Assembly (NCBI RefSeq): GCF_001194135.2
Contig: NC_068982.1
Location: forward strand, 128,546,062-128,584,519
Source of the DNA: Octopus bimaculoides
Taxonomy: Eukaryota
Direction: 5' to 3'
Length of the DNA: 38,458 nucleotides
This document shows, one piece after another, positions 22,434 to 35,359 of the stretch. The notes beneath the pieces are model-generated. The model made no database searches. It saw only the letters and a program-made list of their open reading frames with translations, and was not told the origin of the DNA. The first letter of the stretch is position 1. Each line of letters begins with the position of its first letter. The position numbers were made by a program, and so were the translations under genes.

Positions 22434-22468
<35 letters not shown>
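22131..22468 (+). mobile_element. RTE-tail element, diverged
   Basis: ttaggaagggcatccagctgtaaaa...cccatgctagcatggaaggcagaggttaaat(gat)n. Confidence 0.8.
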
Positions 22469-22576
22469 ATGGCCCTTTTGCCACTCAAACTATTTAGAAA
22501 GCCTATTCTTATCAAACTCATTTATCCTTTGTCTACACTTTTATTAAATACACACACGCACATGCACACACACACA

Positions 22577-22623
<47 letters not shown>

Positions 22624-22914
22624 AGAGACACACACACACATACACAGAGGCACATACACACTTATACACACACAAAGAGAGATTCCAAACACTGAACAGG
22701 TGCCTAAACATCTTAACTGATCATTCCCAAACATTCTTTGTCCAACCTCTAGACCCAAGCAAACAAACTTAAAGCTTTTTGAATTCCTGACGTTTTTCAA
22801 CAAACAGCTGATATCTTTCACTCACATGTATAAACGATAGGCTCTCGTTATTTCAGAGCTTTTGAAAAATTCCAGTCAGAATGAAATAGCATAAGTAATA
22901 ATTCTTACTAATTT

Positions 22915-23100
22915 TGGCACAAGGCCATCAATTTTAGGGGTGGGATAAGCTGATTTCATCACCCCTGTATGTTGACTGGTACTTAGTTTATCAACCTTGA
23001 AAGGGGTGAAAGGTAAAGTTGAACTTGATGGAATTTGAGTTCAGAACGTAAAGCAGGAAGAAATGTCACTTAACATTTTGTCCAGAATTTTAATGATTCA
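22915..23100 (-). mobile_element. SINE of the 7539-7720 family
   Basis: ctggtacttagtttatcaaccttgaaaggggtgaaaggtaaagttgaac is the reverse complement of the central domain at 7600-7650. Confidence 0.7.
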
Positions 23101-23114
23101 GCCTGTTATAACGA

Positions 23115-23188
23115 TTTAATGAATTTTAATGATTTTTAATGAATTTTAATGAATTTTAATGAATGTTTTAATGAATTTTAATGATTCA
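23115..23188. repeat. 10-bp tandem repeat (gaattttaat) x about 7
   Basis: Directly visible. Confidence 0.85.
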
Positions 23189-23380
23189 AACTTTCAAGAG
23201 TATAAGTTGTAAAAAATGGATTTCTCCTACTTCTAACTACTTTTTTCTTTTATTGATACATACAATATGCGCACAACTGCTGACATGCAATACATACATA
23301 CACACATATATACATAATATATACATAATATATACATGCATACCTAACACGTACATACACATATATAAGTACACACACAT

Positions 23381-23420
<40 letters not shown>

Positions 23421-23831
23421 GTACATGCCAGTGCCGCTGGACTGGCTCCTGTACAGGTGGCATGTAAAAAACACCATTTTGAGCATGGCCGTTGCCAGTA
23501 CCGCCTGACTGGCCCTTGTGCCGGTGGCACGTAAAAGCATACATTTGTACATACATACACACACACACACATCCATCTATCTATCCATCCATACATGCAT
23601 ACATACATACAAAAACTTAATTCAAAAACTACAGATCCAATCCATCACTGGAACAGTAAAAATTTGTAAAACTTGCCAGGAGTTTATCGTTTAATTATAT
23701 ATGCGCATGTCTAGGAATGCAACTATATGCATGAGAATACATACATAAAGCAAAACAGACAAATCTGCACATATGCATACATACATACATACATACATAC
23801 ATACATACATACATACATGCATACATACATG

Positions 23832-23863
<32 letters not shown>

Positions 23864-24013
23864 CATACATACATACATACAAACAAAATTACCCTGTTGT
23901 TGAGGTTGAAATTCCAATGAAAGAGCCTTGAATCTAGGTTAGAAACCGACTTTTTCTCTATTGGCAAGAAATCTTGAACTAAAACGGAACAATGACATAC
24001 ATACATACATACA

Positions 24014-24044
<31 letters not shown>

Positions 24045-24228
24045 GAATACAATGGGTTTCCACACAGTTTCCATTTACAAAATTCACTCACAAGACATTG
24101 TTTGTGGTTGCAAAGTGTACTCCTTAACCATACAGCCATGCCCACACCTTCAGAATATTCTTTTCAGAATCAACAAGAGTATTATTGAGTCTAACAGAAG
24201 TGTTTCATGCAATCCTTCCATGGCTTAA

Positions 24229-24264
24229 CCCTTTTGCTACCATATTTCTGTTGAAACACTGCCT

Positions 24265-24305
<41 letters not shown>

Positions 24306-24768
24306 TTAACATCTGCTTTCCATGCTGGCATGGGCTGGACTGTTTAACTGAGAACTGGTGAGCTGGGAAGCTGCACCAGGCTCCAATCTGATGCCTTTGT
24401 TTCAATTAATTTTTAACATCATTAAAAATTTAGTAAAATAACTTTGGCCATAATTAATCTAGTGTTTGGAACATAAATTAACATGAAATTTTGATGGAAG
24501 GTTTTAATTTAGATCACTTTGACATGTTGCCTGTGTCATAGAACCAGGGGCGGTATTAGGCAAGTTGGAATCAAAGCATTTAAATCAGCCTTATCCAATC
24601 AAAATCTTCAACCAAATATTCTGGTATCTCACATCTACTCTACAATGTCATTATAAAAATGAACAATCACAACATTTAAATCTTCAAGCTATGAGATGAT
24701 GCATGATTAATTCGAAACAATGTGAATAAATAAGCATTACATCTGACAGTAACTTGAATGCTAAAGGG
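24229..24768. mobile_element. piggyBac-type MITE (TTAA target duplication, CCCTTT termini) with nested RTE-tail SINE at about 24263-24400 (-)
   Basis: ttaa|cccttttgc at 24225-24237 and gctaaaggg|ttaa at 24760-24772. Confidence 0.7.
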
Positions 24769-25189
24769 TTAAGATGTAGAAGACCAATAAATATCCAGGA
24801 ATGAATGAATAAATATTCTAGAACTTCAAAGCCCCAGGAAAAAAAAGTACCGTATCAAATATTGTATGAATCTTTAGAGTAAGCATTGGAGTTAAAACAG
24901 GAAATAGATTGAAGATGATGGAGAGATCATGCTGTAAGATATCAACCTTTCCCACTTTATTTTCCAATGATCTCTCCTGTTTGAGCCTCCAGGTTTCTCT
25001 CCCTCTCTACTGAGCTACATTTTAGGTCTACCATACCTCATCTATAACAGCCTCTCATACCTGCTATCATTCTCAGTGTACTCTCATATTTACTGTTGAC
25101 GACTCTGCCACCACCACCACAACTACCACTCATTATAGCTACCACTGTAATAATTATTATCTCTGATGTTTGTGTAATGTTAATGAGCA

Positions 25190-25570
25190 TGACCAATGAG
25201 ACAAAGATGAAGCAAGAGAAAATCTTGGTATAAGAAAAAAATGGATGTTGTGTGCAAGAGACCACTGTGGTGGTAAGGACATGTAATATGTATGGATGAT
25301 AGGAGTAGTTCCAAGAGATTCGAGTGGAAGAAAACTGTGGAAAAGGAATACCAAGGAAGACATGAACAGAAGTATTGATAAAGGCCATTGATCTCAGAGT
25401 GTTGTATCTTACAAAAACAGATGACAAAATAATGTTAAAAATGGTAGAATACTGTGTTAGCGAGTATCTATCCAACCTATGTAAGCATAGAAAAACAGAT
25501 GTAAAAAATGACGATAATGATGACAACAACAATGGTGATGATGATGGTGATGATGATGATGATGATGATG
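25190..25570 (+). mobile_element. Decayed 3' end of an RTE-clade LINE
   Basis: Remnant G(R)PRKT(W)xEV..DLRVL motif (ggaataccaaggaagacatgaacagaagt...gatctcagagtgttg), followed by ccaacctatgtaagcatagaaaaacagatgtaaaa(gat)n. Confidence 0.65.
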
Positions 25571-26670
25571 ACTTTGGGGGTGGAGATGTAGTGAAAGAAA
25601 TTTGGATGGCAAACAATTAGGATATACAGTTACGTGCTTTCTCGTTTAGATTTAATACTGCAACGTTAAATATTTTAATGAAAATAGAAACTATGCCAGG
25701 AGTAAAAAGTCTGAGGATATTGGATGAGTGTTCTATAGAGATTGTTTAACTTATGTTTAGATGCAGGAGGATTCATGGTTGGATAGATGAAGAGATTTTC
25801 AGCAGTGTGCAGTATTAGAGGAATTTGTTGGTTATATGAACACTAGAATTGATTTCAAAGAGAAAATCATATGTTTTTCTGCAGCAATGCTGTGTTGAGT
25901 GGTGAGTAGGAAGATCTACTTAAGCTAATGTAGATGCATTCAGACAGAGATCAGAATACATAGATACACTTTTTAAAGCAGATAAATTTGCTGATTGTGT
26001 TTATGCTAAAATCATTGTTGTTTTTGTTTTTCTTTTCTTAGCTTTCTTGGTCATATATTTGCACGAGAAATGGGATATAGATATATAACAAAAATAATAA
26101 TAATGAAACCTATTTGATTTTTATTATTTAGCTTCATATAAGAGCTTATCTTCTTATGATCAAAGTATTTCAACCATAATCTTCCTGTCATTTTACTACA
26201 AAATGTCTAAAAGTGTATCAACTACTAAAAGTGAGTGATCTGCTTTGGGCAGCATTTTTGGGTTTGCATTTCAAATATGTATTTTATTGTGTATTTGATA
26301 GAAGTTGGAGATGTGGCAAACTCAAGGACTATGCCTGGTGGCACAAACTCTTCTAGCTACATAACTCTCACATTTTCCAATGTGTTCTTCTTTTTTCAAG
26401 ATGGTAGGATGTGATATGAGGGATATTTGGCTGTTATTTTCTAGTATGGGAAATGACTGCTCAGTAGGACTCTCTCTAGCTCAACATCTTGCTTTGTTTC
26501 AGAGGAAAATGATATCTCATTTTATCTGTAACCTTTATTATTTTTTATTTTTTTTGTTTTTTACCTGTTTCAGTCATTAGATTGTGGCCATGCTGGGGCA
26601 CCAGCTTGAAAGGTTTAGTCAAATAAATCAAACCTAGTAATTTTTTTTTTTTTTTCAAATGTGATTTTTT

Positions 26671-27790
26671 TCAAGTGTTGAAAACATTCTGTGATTTTCT
26701 CTGGATCTCAACAATCATGTTAAAACAGCAACCTCTGAGCTGCATTTTCAGCTTGAGGGAGAAATGGCAGTCTGCAGATGCTAAATCTGACAAATAGGGC
26801 AGCTGTGGAAGCGATACCATGTTGTCCTTGGTAAGAAACTCATGAGTGAAGAGAGGTTCATGACAGGGTACATTATTGTCATGAAGAATCCAATTCTTCA
26901 TGCTCCACAAATTCGGTCGCTTTTGCTGAATGTCTTCTGTCAAATGCTTCAAAACATCAGAGTAAAATTCTCGATTGACAGTCTGTCCCTGGGGGATGAA
27001 TTCTTGAGGCACAATACTGCAGATTTCACAAAGAACAATGAGCATGCTCTTGAATGAGCTGTGGCTCTGTCATGCCTTCTTCAGTCATGAAGATGATAAG
27101 CCTCTTCCATTGTGATGACTGCTGCTTCATCTCAGGGTTGTGCCTGTGGACCCAACTCTTCTCACTGCAGATGATCCTCAACATGAAGGATGGGTCGTCA
27201 GCAGCACACTGATGGAGATCTTGACAAACTGCAATGTTCTTTCTGCTCATTGGTCAGCAGGCAGGAGACAAACTTGGCAGTGACATACCACATTCAGATG
27301 TTAGGATTGCCTGCAACAACCCATACGGTGGACCAGCAACATTAGCAATGCCATTGATTGTCCTCCAATGATCCTCATGCACAAGCTGATGAATTTTCTC
27401 CCCATTTCCAGGTCATTTCCTTGTGGCAAGTCTTCCAGACTATTCATCATCTTCCAGGGATGTTCTGCTTTTGTAGAGTCCATACCACTCAGAACATTAT
27501 GTATGACCCATTGCTTCATCGCCATAAGCTTGCCAAAACATGCTCAATGTCTCTGTAGCAGATTTCCCAAGTTTATCACAAAATTTCACGTTGGCTCTTT
27601 GTTCCAACTGCTGCCCATAACAAAATTGCAGACTACAGTATACACGTGATCACAAAAACAGAAATTTCACAACTTGCGAAGTAAACACAGTGATGTCACT
27701 TGGCACACTGCTTCATGAAGGTCACTGCTAATTCTCAATGTGCACACAACTGTGTGCTGCCATCTGTTGGCACACTACGGAGCTAGTCTA
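26671..27790 (-). pseudogene. Mariner (Tc1/mariner, probably irritans-like) transposase pseudogene, 3' end truncated
   Basis: Across frameshifts: LEQRANVKFCDKLGKSATETLSMFWQAYGDEAM; IICSEKSWVHRHNPEMKQQSSQW (first catalytic D lost); MLIVL...EFIPQGQTVN..FY..VL; WILHDNNVPCH; LPYLSDLASADCHF for PYSPDLAP.DF. Confidence 0.92.
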
Positions 27791-27809
27791 CTCTTTTGCT
27801 CTTTTACAC

Positions 27810-27960
27810 ATTTCAGTCATTTGACTGTGGCCATGCAGGAGACTTATTCTTTGTAAGCCTAGTACTTATTCTATCGGCCTCTTTTGCTGAACTGTTAGGT
27901 TAAGGGACATAAACACACCAACATCAGTTGTCAAGTAATGGTAGGTAGACAAAGACACAC
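27810..27960 (-). mobile_element. CORE-like SINE 3' half, running into (TA)n and the gap
   Basis: tttcagtcatttgactgtggccatgc...cttattctttgtaagcctagtacttattctatcgg. Confidence 0.8.
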
Positions 27961-27972
27961 ACACATAAATAC

Positions 27973-28005
<33 letters not shown>

Positions 28006-28245
28006 NNNNNNNNNNNNNNNNNNNNNNNNNNNNNNNNNNNNNNNNNNNNNNNNNNNNNNNNNNNNNNNNNNNNNNNNNNNNNNNNNNNNNNNNNNNNNNN
28101 NNNNNNNNNNNNNNNNNNNNNNNNNNNNNNNNNNNNNNNNNNNNNNNNNNNNNNNNNNNNNNNNNNNNNNNNNNNNNNNNNNNNNNNNNNNNNNNNNNNN
28201 NNNNNNNNNNNNNNNNNNNNNNNNNNNNNNNNNNNNNNNNNNNNN
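28006..28245. other. Assembly gap (240 N)
   Basis: Run of N. Confidence 1.
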
Positions 28246-28277
<32 letters not shown>

Positions 28278-28291
28278 GAAGGTTGTTTATT

Positions 28292-29807
28292 ATGGCTAGT
28301 CAGAGATTGGCCATTGGAGTTGCACCTCCACCATCAAATGAACTCTACATGAGGATGCTGCTAGAAAAGATCAATGACCTCATAAAGCACTTGAGATGGA
28401 AGGCATACTTCTATGACCAAGCCATGCTATCCTCAGAAGCCAATGCTTACAATATCAGATCCAGGCAGTTCCCACCCAGATCAAAGCCTCGAAGACTTTG
28501 AAGCAGACCTACTAGACATCATCATCCCTAAACTGAGATTCCATAAGTCCTCTTGCTCCTTTCAGCACAAGCACTCTTCTGATTTATGTCTCTTAAAAAA
28601 TTCAGATAGGGCTTTACTCTTGTCTGACAAAACAAAAAGTATATATAATGTAAACACATGCACATATGATAGGCTTTTAGCATCACACTGAAATATTAAC
28701 ATACTTCCTCACATGCATACAATAGTATTGACAATGAAGCCAAACAGTTGACCAACAGTCTAGGTATAGCTGATGGGTTTGAAGCATTAGCTAAGAGAAA
28801 TGCCTTTGTCACCATCAAAGACCACAAACCAAACTTTGCCTCTTACCCTGAATGCTGCCTGATTAACCTGGCAAAATTGGAAATCAGGCTGGCAAGCAAG
28901 CATAAAATGAGAAAGATCAATAATGACATAAGGAGAGCATCTAGTCTCCTTATGGCATTGTGCCAATGAGATTATTTCGTGGTTTAAAGTTCACCCAATT
29001 TGATATATGTGGATTTTTATCCATGTATATCAAAAAGGTTCTGTCTGATAGGAATTTTATTACAGTAGTGATAGGGACATAGACATAATTATGCTTGCTA
29101 GGAAAACACAGCTGTTCAATAAAGGTTTGACTTGGATCAAACAAACTGACCTAGTAGGCTCTTTCGATGTGACAATGGGAGCTTTCTACAGCACAATGTC
29201 TGCGACTTCATAGGATTGTATATACTGGACACCTTAACAAAGAGGTCCTTGCCTGTCCTTTTTGGTTTATACAGAGATGCCACTTTAGCCATCTCTGAAG
29301 GGGCTAACAGACATATCCTAGATAGGCTTAGGAAGGGCCTAATTTGCACCCTTAGTTCCCTTGGACTCAAGATTATGATAGAGACCAACCTTATCATTGT
29401 CAACTTTTTAGACGTTACATTGCACCTGGGTACCTGTTCATACCCAGGTGCAATGGTTGTTCATACAGACCCTACTGCAAACCAAACAAAAAGCTGTTGT
29501 AGATTAACACAGCCTCCTGCCACCCACCTATTATGTTCAAGAACCCAATGAAGGGTGTCAGTAAGAGGATTTTGAACCTGTCTTCCAGTCAAGAAATTTT
29601 GGATGCAACAGACCCCTCTTATAATGAGGCTATGGCTCTAGTGGGTTTAAGCACCGCATGTCTTATACACTGGGCCCTAACACCCACAAAAGAAGGTGCC
29701 ACCATAAATTCATTAGGTTTGCTCCACCCTTCTCACTCCACATGAAGACTTGTGTGAAAAGGATATTCCTTAGATTAGTGGGTAAACACTTCATACAGTC
29801 ACATTGA
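28292..29807 (+). mobile_element. Decayed Penelope-like retroelement (RT region), truncated before any GIY-YIG endonuclease
   Basis: Across frameshifts: LLEKINDLIKHLRWKAYFY; AFVTIKDHKPNFASYPECCLINLAKLEI; FDVTMGAF; GLYRDATL for YRDD; GLKIMIETNLIIVNFLDVTL; FIRFAPPFSLHMKTCVKRIFLRLVGKHF. Confidence 0.88.
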
Positions 29808-29809
29808 TG

Positions 29810-29876
29810 TGGTGGGACTGAACCTGAAACTACATATTTGCAGGCAAGCTTCTTAGCCACACAGCCATGCCTGCAC
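29810..29876 (-). mobile_element. CORE-like SINE head fragment at the PLE breakpoint
   Basis: gtgggactgaacctgaaac...cttagccacacagccatgcctgc. Confidence 0.7.
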
Positions 29877-30949
29877 TTATTCTTTTTTATCTTTATTTTT
29901 TACAGAAATTTGATAAATATTGATAAACTACTTGAAAGAGGAAAGACTATGAATGCTGGGGAAGTGTATAAGATATGAAGGAACAGTTTAAGAACATGCT
30001 GGATTAAGGAACTGAATTATATACACAAAAATGTTTTCAATTCTACTAAGATTAATATTAAGAGCTTGCTGTAAAAGTAGAAAGCTGAGATGTCTGGCCA
30101 ACATCTTAGCTTTGTAAAAATCGAACAAGTCAACACAGAAACATGAAAAAACAAGCATTAATAATGTTGTTATCGTCTGAAGTTATTCATGCCAAAATCA
30201 GTTTTGCATTTCATCCTTTTGGAATTAATAAATATAGTGCCCCCAGTCTTGGGTTGTGCATTGGTGGAATTGTTAGAGCACTGAACCAGATGCCTTGTAG
30301 CCATTTGCATTCTGAGTTCAAATCTTGCTCTGGCCTATTTGTTTAATAGACTTAATCTGTCACCAAGTTTAACACTTTCACCTGGGTCCATTAGCAGAGT
30401 CTACTCTGTTACATGTAGTTGGATCAGGTCTCTGGTTTGAGAAAACATTTTTCCCACTCTCCTTTTCATTAGTCTTAGAGACTTGGATACTGTACTTCCT
30501 CCTCGATAAAGAAATTTGAAAAAAAGTTGATACAAGTCAATGTTTTTCTGTGTGATTTTTCAGGACATTTTCTTCTCCTGTTTCTGCTCCATCTTTGCTG
30601 TCTGGGGCCAACTTGGGGTACTTAGGTTTATGTACTTTAATTTTTTATTGGTTTTTTTTTTATAGCATGGTCAGAAGGAAAAGGTAGCTTCCATAAGTAG
30701 TGAGAAGAAAAATTATCCACATGATTAGAGACACAGCCTAAGTACTTGCAACAGATTCGGTTCCACTAAATCTACTTAAGAACTAAATAGTGTCATTAAA
30801 CTGAGACAATTGATTATGGCTATTGTGAAAAATGCAAAAGGGTATGTCCAAGCAGATGGTTCAGTTACCTACTGAGCTGTTTAAAATGGGTTAGACGTGA
30901 AACATATTTGCTATCAAGGGTACTTAGCATAGAACTGGTGGAGCTCAGA

Positions 30950-32920
30950 ACAGTAGCTGACTTAAAGTATTGGATAGTGTAAGGATACACTACAAGGATC
31001 CTTGGACAAATCAATGGGTGTTACAAGTAAATGAAAGACAACAACTCCTGAACACAGGGAAAAAAACAAAAGCTCGTCTATTATGGCCATATTCAAAGAA
31101 GCAGATGTGTAGAAAACATTATCATGGAAGGAAGAGTGTGGAGGGTAGTAGATCAAAAGGCAGGTAAAGAATACAGGGGCTGGACAATATCACAAGCTTA
31201 TTGGACAGAAATGGCAAGACAGCTGGAGAACTTGCATTTAATCAGGAAGTGTAATATGTTGCAGGTGTAAGATATATGATGAGGACAAGTGTATGGATGA
31301 ATAGTAGGTGTCCATGATTAAACAGTGGTTGAACAATCCTGTAGGTGTCACAGACGATGATAATTTGATAAAGTTTAGGTTTGGAGGTGAGAAAGCAATG
31401 GAGGATGCTTTGAAGTGTCTATGTGTTGGTGTGCTGATCACATATACAAGTAAGTGATGATACAAATTGTTGCAGATAGATTAAATTGGGGAAAAAATTG
31501 GTTTCTGGGGCAGCAACAATGGCTTGAGAGGAGCGAGAGAGAGGGCCAAGAAGGGTCATGGTTAAAATCACTGAGAAAATGGACTTATGAGTAATAGTGC
31601 GAGATGACTATTCTTGATGAAGGAGAGAAGATAAGCCAACAGTTACTGGTGTTTGGAGGTGTTCAGAAAGTAATAGAGATAGTAGAGTAATGTAGAAGAA
31701 TGAGAAATGTGTCAGAGGGCCTGAAGGTCTTTGCAGTTGATATTCTGCTGAAGGAGGTGAGTAGTAGAGAGAGTGGATTAACTCAGACATCACCTTTCAA
31801 TGCAATGTTTCCTTTATTGATTTGGTCTCAAGGATGGAATTGTGGCCATGGTCTTCAGAGACTCATGGAAACTGATGATTCCAGTTTCTATTGCACAGTG
31901 TGTCTGTAAGTGAACAGCCGCATAAAAATATATGCTTGGAGTGTATTCCAGAGGGATGACATTCTTGGACACAGAGTAAATGTTGGGGTCTGGAGGATGA
32001 ACACAACATAAGTGATAAGTAGAGAATAGATGAGGGAGTTAAGAGTGCTTAAATGGAGGAGGCACAGCCAGCTGCAAGGAGCAGATGTCATTGAAGCAGC
32101 TTCAAACAAAGATAGTCATTGGCCATCACAAGGACCCTTGCTTTCCTCTCATCCTTGCCAGCCTTGAACAATACTGAATTGAAACTCTAAAACTCTGTAA
32201 AAATGCTAGTTTCCCCCTTATTCATGACTACAAAACCTCCATCCCAAAAACAGCATTCCTCTTCAGAGCCAGGAAATACTTCAGTATTAATCCATTACTG
32301 ACTCTCTTCACGGTTCATGTAGAACTCACAATGGAATACTGCCTTCCCCACCAGAGATGGTGTTGCTGATGGTGATACGCACAAACATCCTAGCCTCCAT
32401 CCAAAACAAAGCCATCCAGATGATTAGCAAAAAGCTCAATCACCATTTTTACTACAACCAGTAGCATAGCTTGGGGTGATTTGCTCCAGGCAGTACTTTT
32501 ATGAGGGCAGCACTTTTGAGTCTGCGGTGAAGGTTTGGGGGCCCAGAGGTTGGCAAACTCATGAACTACCACAAGCAACACACTCTTTAACTATGGCACT
32601 GCTACAACTTCTAACTGAGAGATGCACTGTCTCTTCATTCTGCTTTTTACACTATTCCAATGATTTCTGTTCTTTGGAACTAGCTGTCGAGAAGCTAAAC
32701 ACAGAAGGAAACAATATGTTTGTAGGCTAGAGGCTAGTGTATTATGGAGAGCAATTTGGAGTGTGTTGGTGATCGTTGACTAAACACCTGAGATGAGCTA
32801 TTGACAAGTTATGAGAAATTTGTGCTTCAGAGAGGAACAAGATTTGTGGTTTATATATTTATAGGATGTGATGGTGAGGTCCCTAATGTTCTTAAAGTAC
32901 AGACAGAGAGCAATTGGTTA
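30950..32920 (-). mobile_element. Decayed L2-like LINE mosaic: endonuclease remnants on minus, with a plus-strand C-terminal piece at about 32230-32470
   Basis: Minus: KPQILFLSEAQIS (about 32830), SDFNHDPSW for GDFN (about 31565), QFVSSLT, GLFNHCLI for SDH. Plus: AFLFRARKYF..LLTLF...MEYC and ILASIQNKAIQMI. Confidence 0.6.
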
Positions 32921-33370
32921 GAGACTTTTATAGATATTTGACTAAATAATCTGGACATCAGCAAAATAAGTTAGATCAGTATTTGAAGAATGTGCAGACA
33001 AAAAGCTCATTCTATATTCAAAACATGACAAAGGTTGTATATTCAGTGCCTCCTCCCAACCACCTATAAGATAACAAGAAACAAAGAAAAAGAAATTGCA
33101 AAAGTATTGATTGAGTAGAATATCATCACTGTTTTGTTACAATCACAATATGAAAGATCATAGGTTTATACAGTTCTATATTCTATACCATAGTCACAAT
33201 TTCTAGCTTTTATATCAAGCTGCTAATCAGCAACAACATATTGACAGAAAAACTGTGAGATAAGACTTGGAACAGAGTGGAAAACTAATGAGAATGTTTA
33301 ATGACTCCACCTTATCTGTCACGCAATACTTTGGGTGTTGGCAATAACTATTATATATTTTCTAGAACAC

Positions 33371-33436
<66 letters not shown>

Positions 33437-33483
33437 GTTTACATACACATGCGCATATATATATAGACATACATATACATACA

Positions 33484-33547
<64 letters not shown>

Positions 33548-33559
33548 TATATGCATCTT

Positions 33560-33593
<34 letters not shown>

Positions 33594-33856
33594 TTGGTAG
33601 AAATTAGTCAAAAGAAATTAAGAAATCATGCCTAAGTTTATTTATGTACAGGTATAAAGTTTGCAAATTTTCCAAAGAAATGAAATAAAACAAAATAGAA
33701 TAAAATAAAGTAAAATAAAGTAGAATATTTATGGTATTACATTTAAGAATTTTTCATCTAATACTCGAGAAAGTTAGTACCCCCCTCCCCCACTAATATA
33801 TTTGTATATATTGCCATTTTCCAACTGCTATGCATATATATATATATGTGTGTGTA

Positions 33857-33887
<31 letters not shown>

Positions 33888-34449
33888 GCACACACACGTG
33901 TGTGTGTGTGTGTGTGTGCACATAGCTGTTGGAAATATGGCAATGAAATACGTTATATATGCATCAACAAGGATAGCAGAGAAAGATATAACTTTACATT
34001 GGAAGATAATAATATAACAGAGACATTGGATCAGATCTCAGACTTGTGAAAATGATGCTTGAAACTAAGGTGAAGGAGACAAGAAGAACATAAATGAACC
34101 AAATTACTGGCATCATTCTATAAAAGACAAGATTAGATTTCAACAGACACAACAAGTTACACATCATTAAAGAAGTAGAAAACACTATCCAGACAAGTGA
34201 TAACTGTTACAATGTGAAGGTAATGACTAGGTGAAGATTAGAGACTGAAAGATGAAGTTCGTAGTAGGAAGAAAATGTAATAAAATGTAAAGTCGGTTGT
34301 TGAGGAAATGAGTGAATTGTATAAAGTGAGTTTAAGCAAAAAATGAAGGTGGATGCAGGTTATACATCTACATATAGGCATCATGTGGTGAATTGCTGAG
34401 TGAAGTGCAAATGCTAGTGAAATAAGAGTCTGTGAGTGAAACTATGAAG

Positions 34450-34774
34450 TTTAACTAGCACTCCATCGATTATAATGATGAGAGTTCCAGTTGAACCAAT
34501 CAATGGAACAGCCTGCTCATTAAATTAACGTGCAAGTGGATGAGTATCCACAAACAAGCATACTCCTAATGTATTTTTCAGTGAGATTCTGAATGACACA
34601 GAATGTGACAAGGCTGACCCTTTGACATACAGGTACTACTCATTTTTGCTAGCTGAGTGGACTGGAACAACATGAAATAAAGTGTTTCGCTCAAGGACTC
34701 AAGGACACTGGGAATTGAACTTGTGACCTTACAATCATGAGCTGAATACCCTAACCACTAAGCAACATGCCTTC
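34450..34774 (-). mobile_element. tRNA-derived SINE (third family) with long 3' part
   Basis: tRNA-like head on the minus strand (gcttagtggttagggtattcagctc...aagttcaattcc); its 3' part is the reverse complement of 37365-37530. Confidence 0.75.
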
Positions 34775-35154
34775 ACCAATTATGAAGTTATGGTCTGTCT
34801 CAAAGATACAAGCTCATTAGGTGGGGACTCATCCTGGTTTCTCAGACACGTAAGGCGTTCTGTGAGTGGGATGCTTGTGTATTGCAAGGTTAACTTCCAA
34901 CAGCTTCTGGGACACATTTTCAGCTGAGTAGACTAAAGTACTGTGAAATGAAGGACCCTTGCTCAAAGACACAATGAGCTGTCCTACCCAGGAATTGAAT
35001 CCATGACCTTATGATCCAACATCCTAACCAATAGACAATGTACCTCGACACAAATCAGTGTCTTTAAGTGGAACTGAGGATTAGATACTAATAACACACA
35101 ACACTAGACATGCTTGGGGATTATACCAGACTGCCATGAAGTAAATAAATACAA

Positions 35155-35307
35155 GAAAGGCATTGGTATGGTAGTGTGGTAAGAAGTTTGCTTTCCAGCC
35201 ACATAGTCCCTGGTTCAGTCCCACTGCATGGCACCTTGGGCAAGTATCTTCCACTTCATCCCTGGTTCTTGTGAGTGGATGTGGTAGATGGAAATTGAAA
35301 GAAGCCC

Positions 35308-35359
<52 letters not shown>

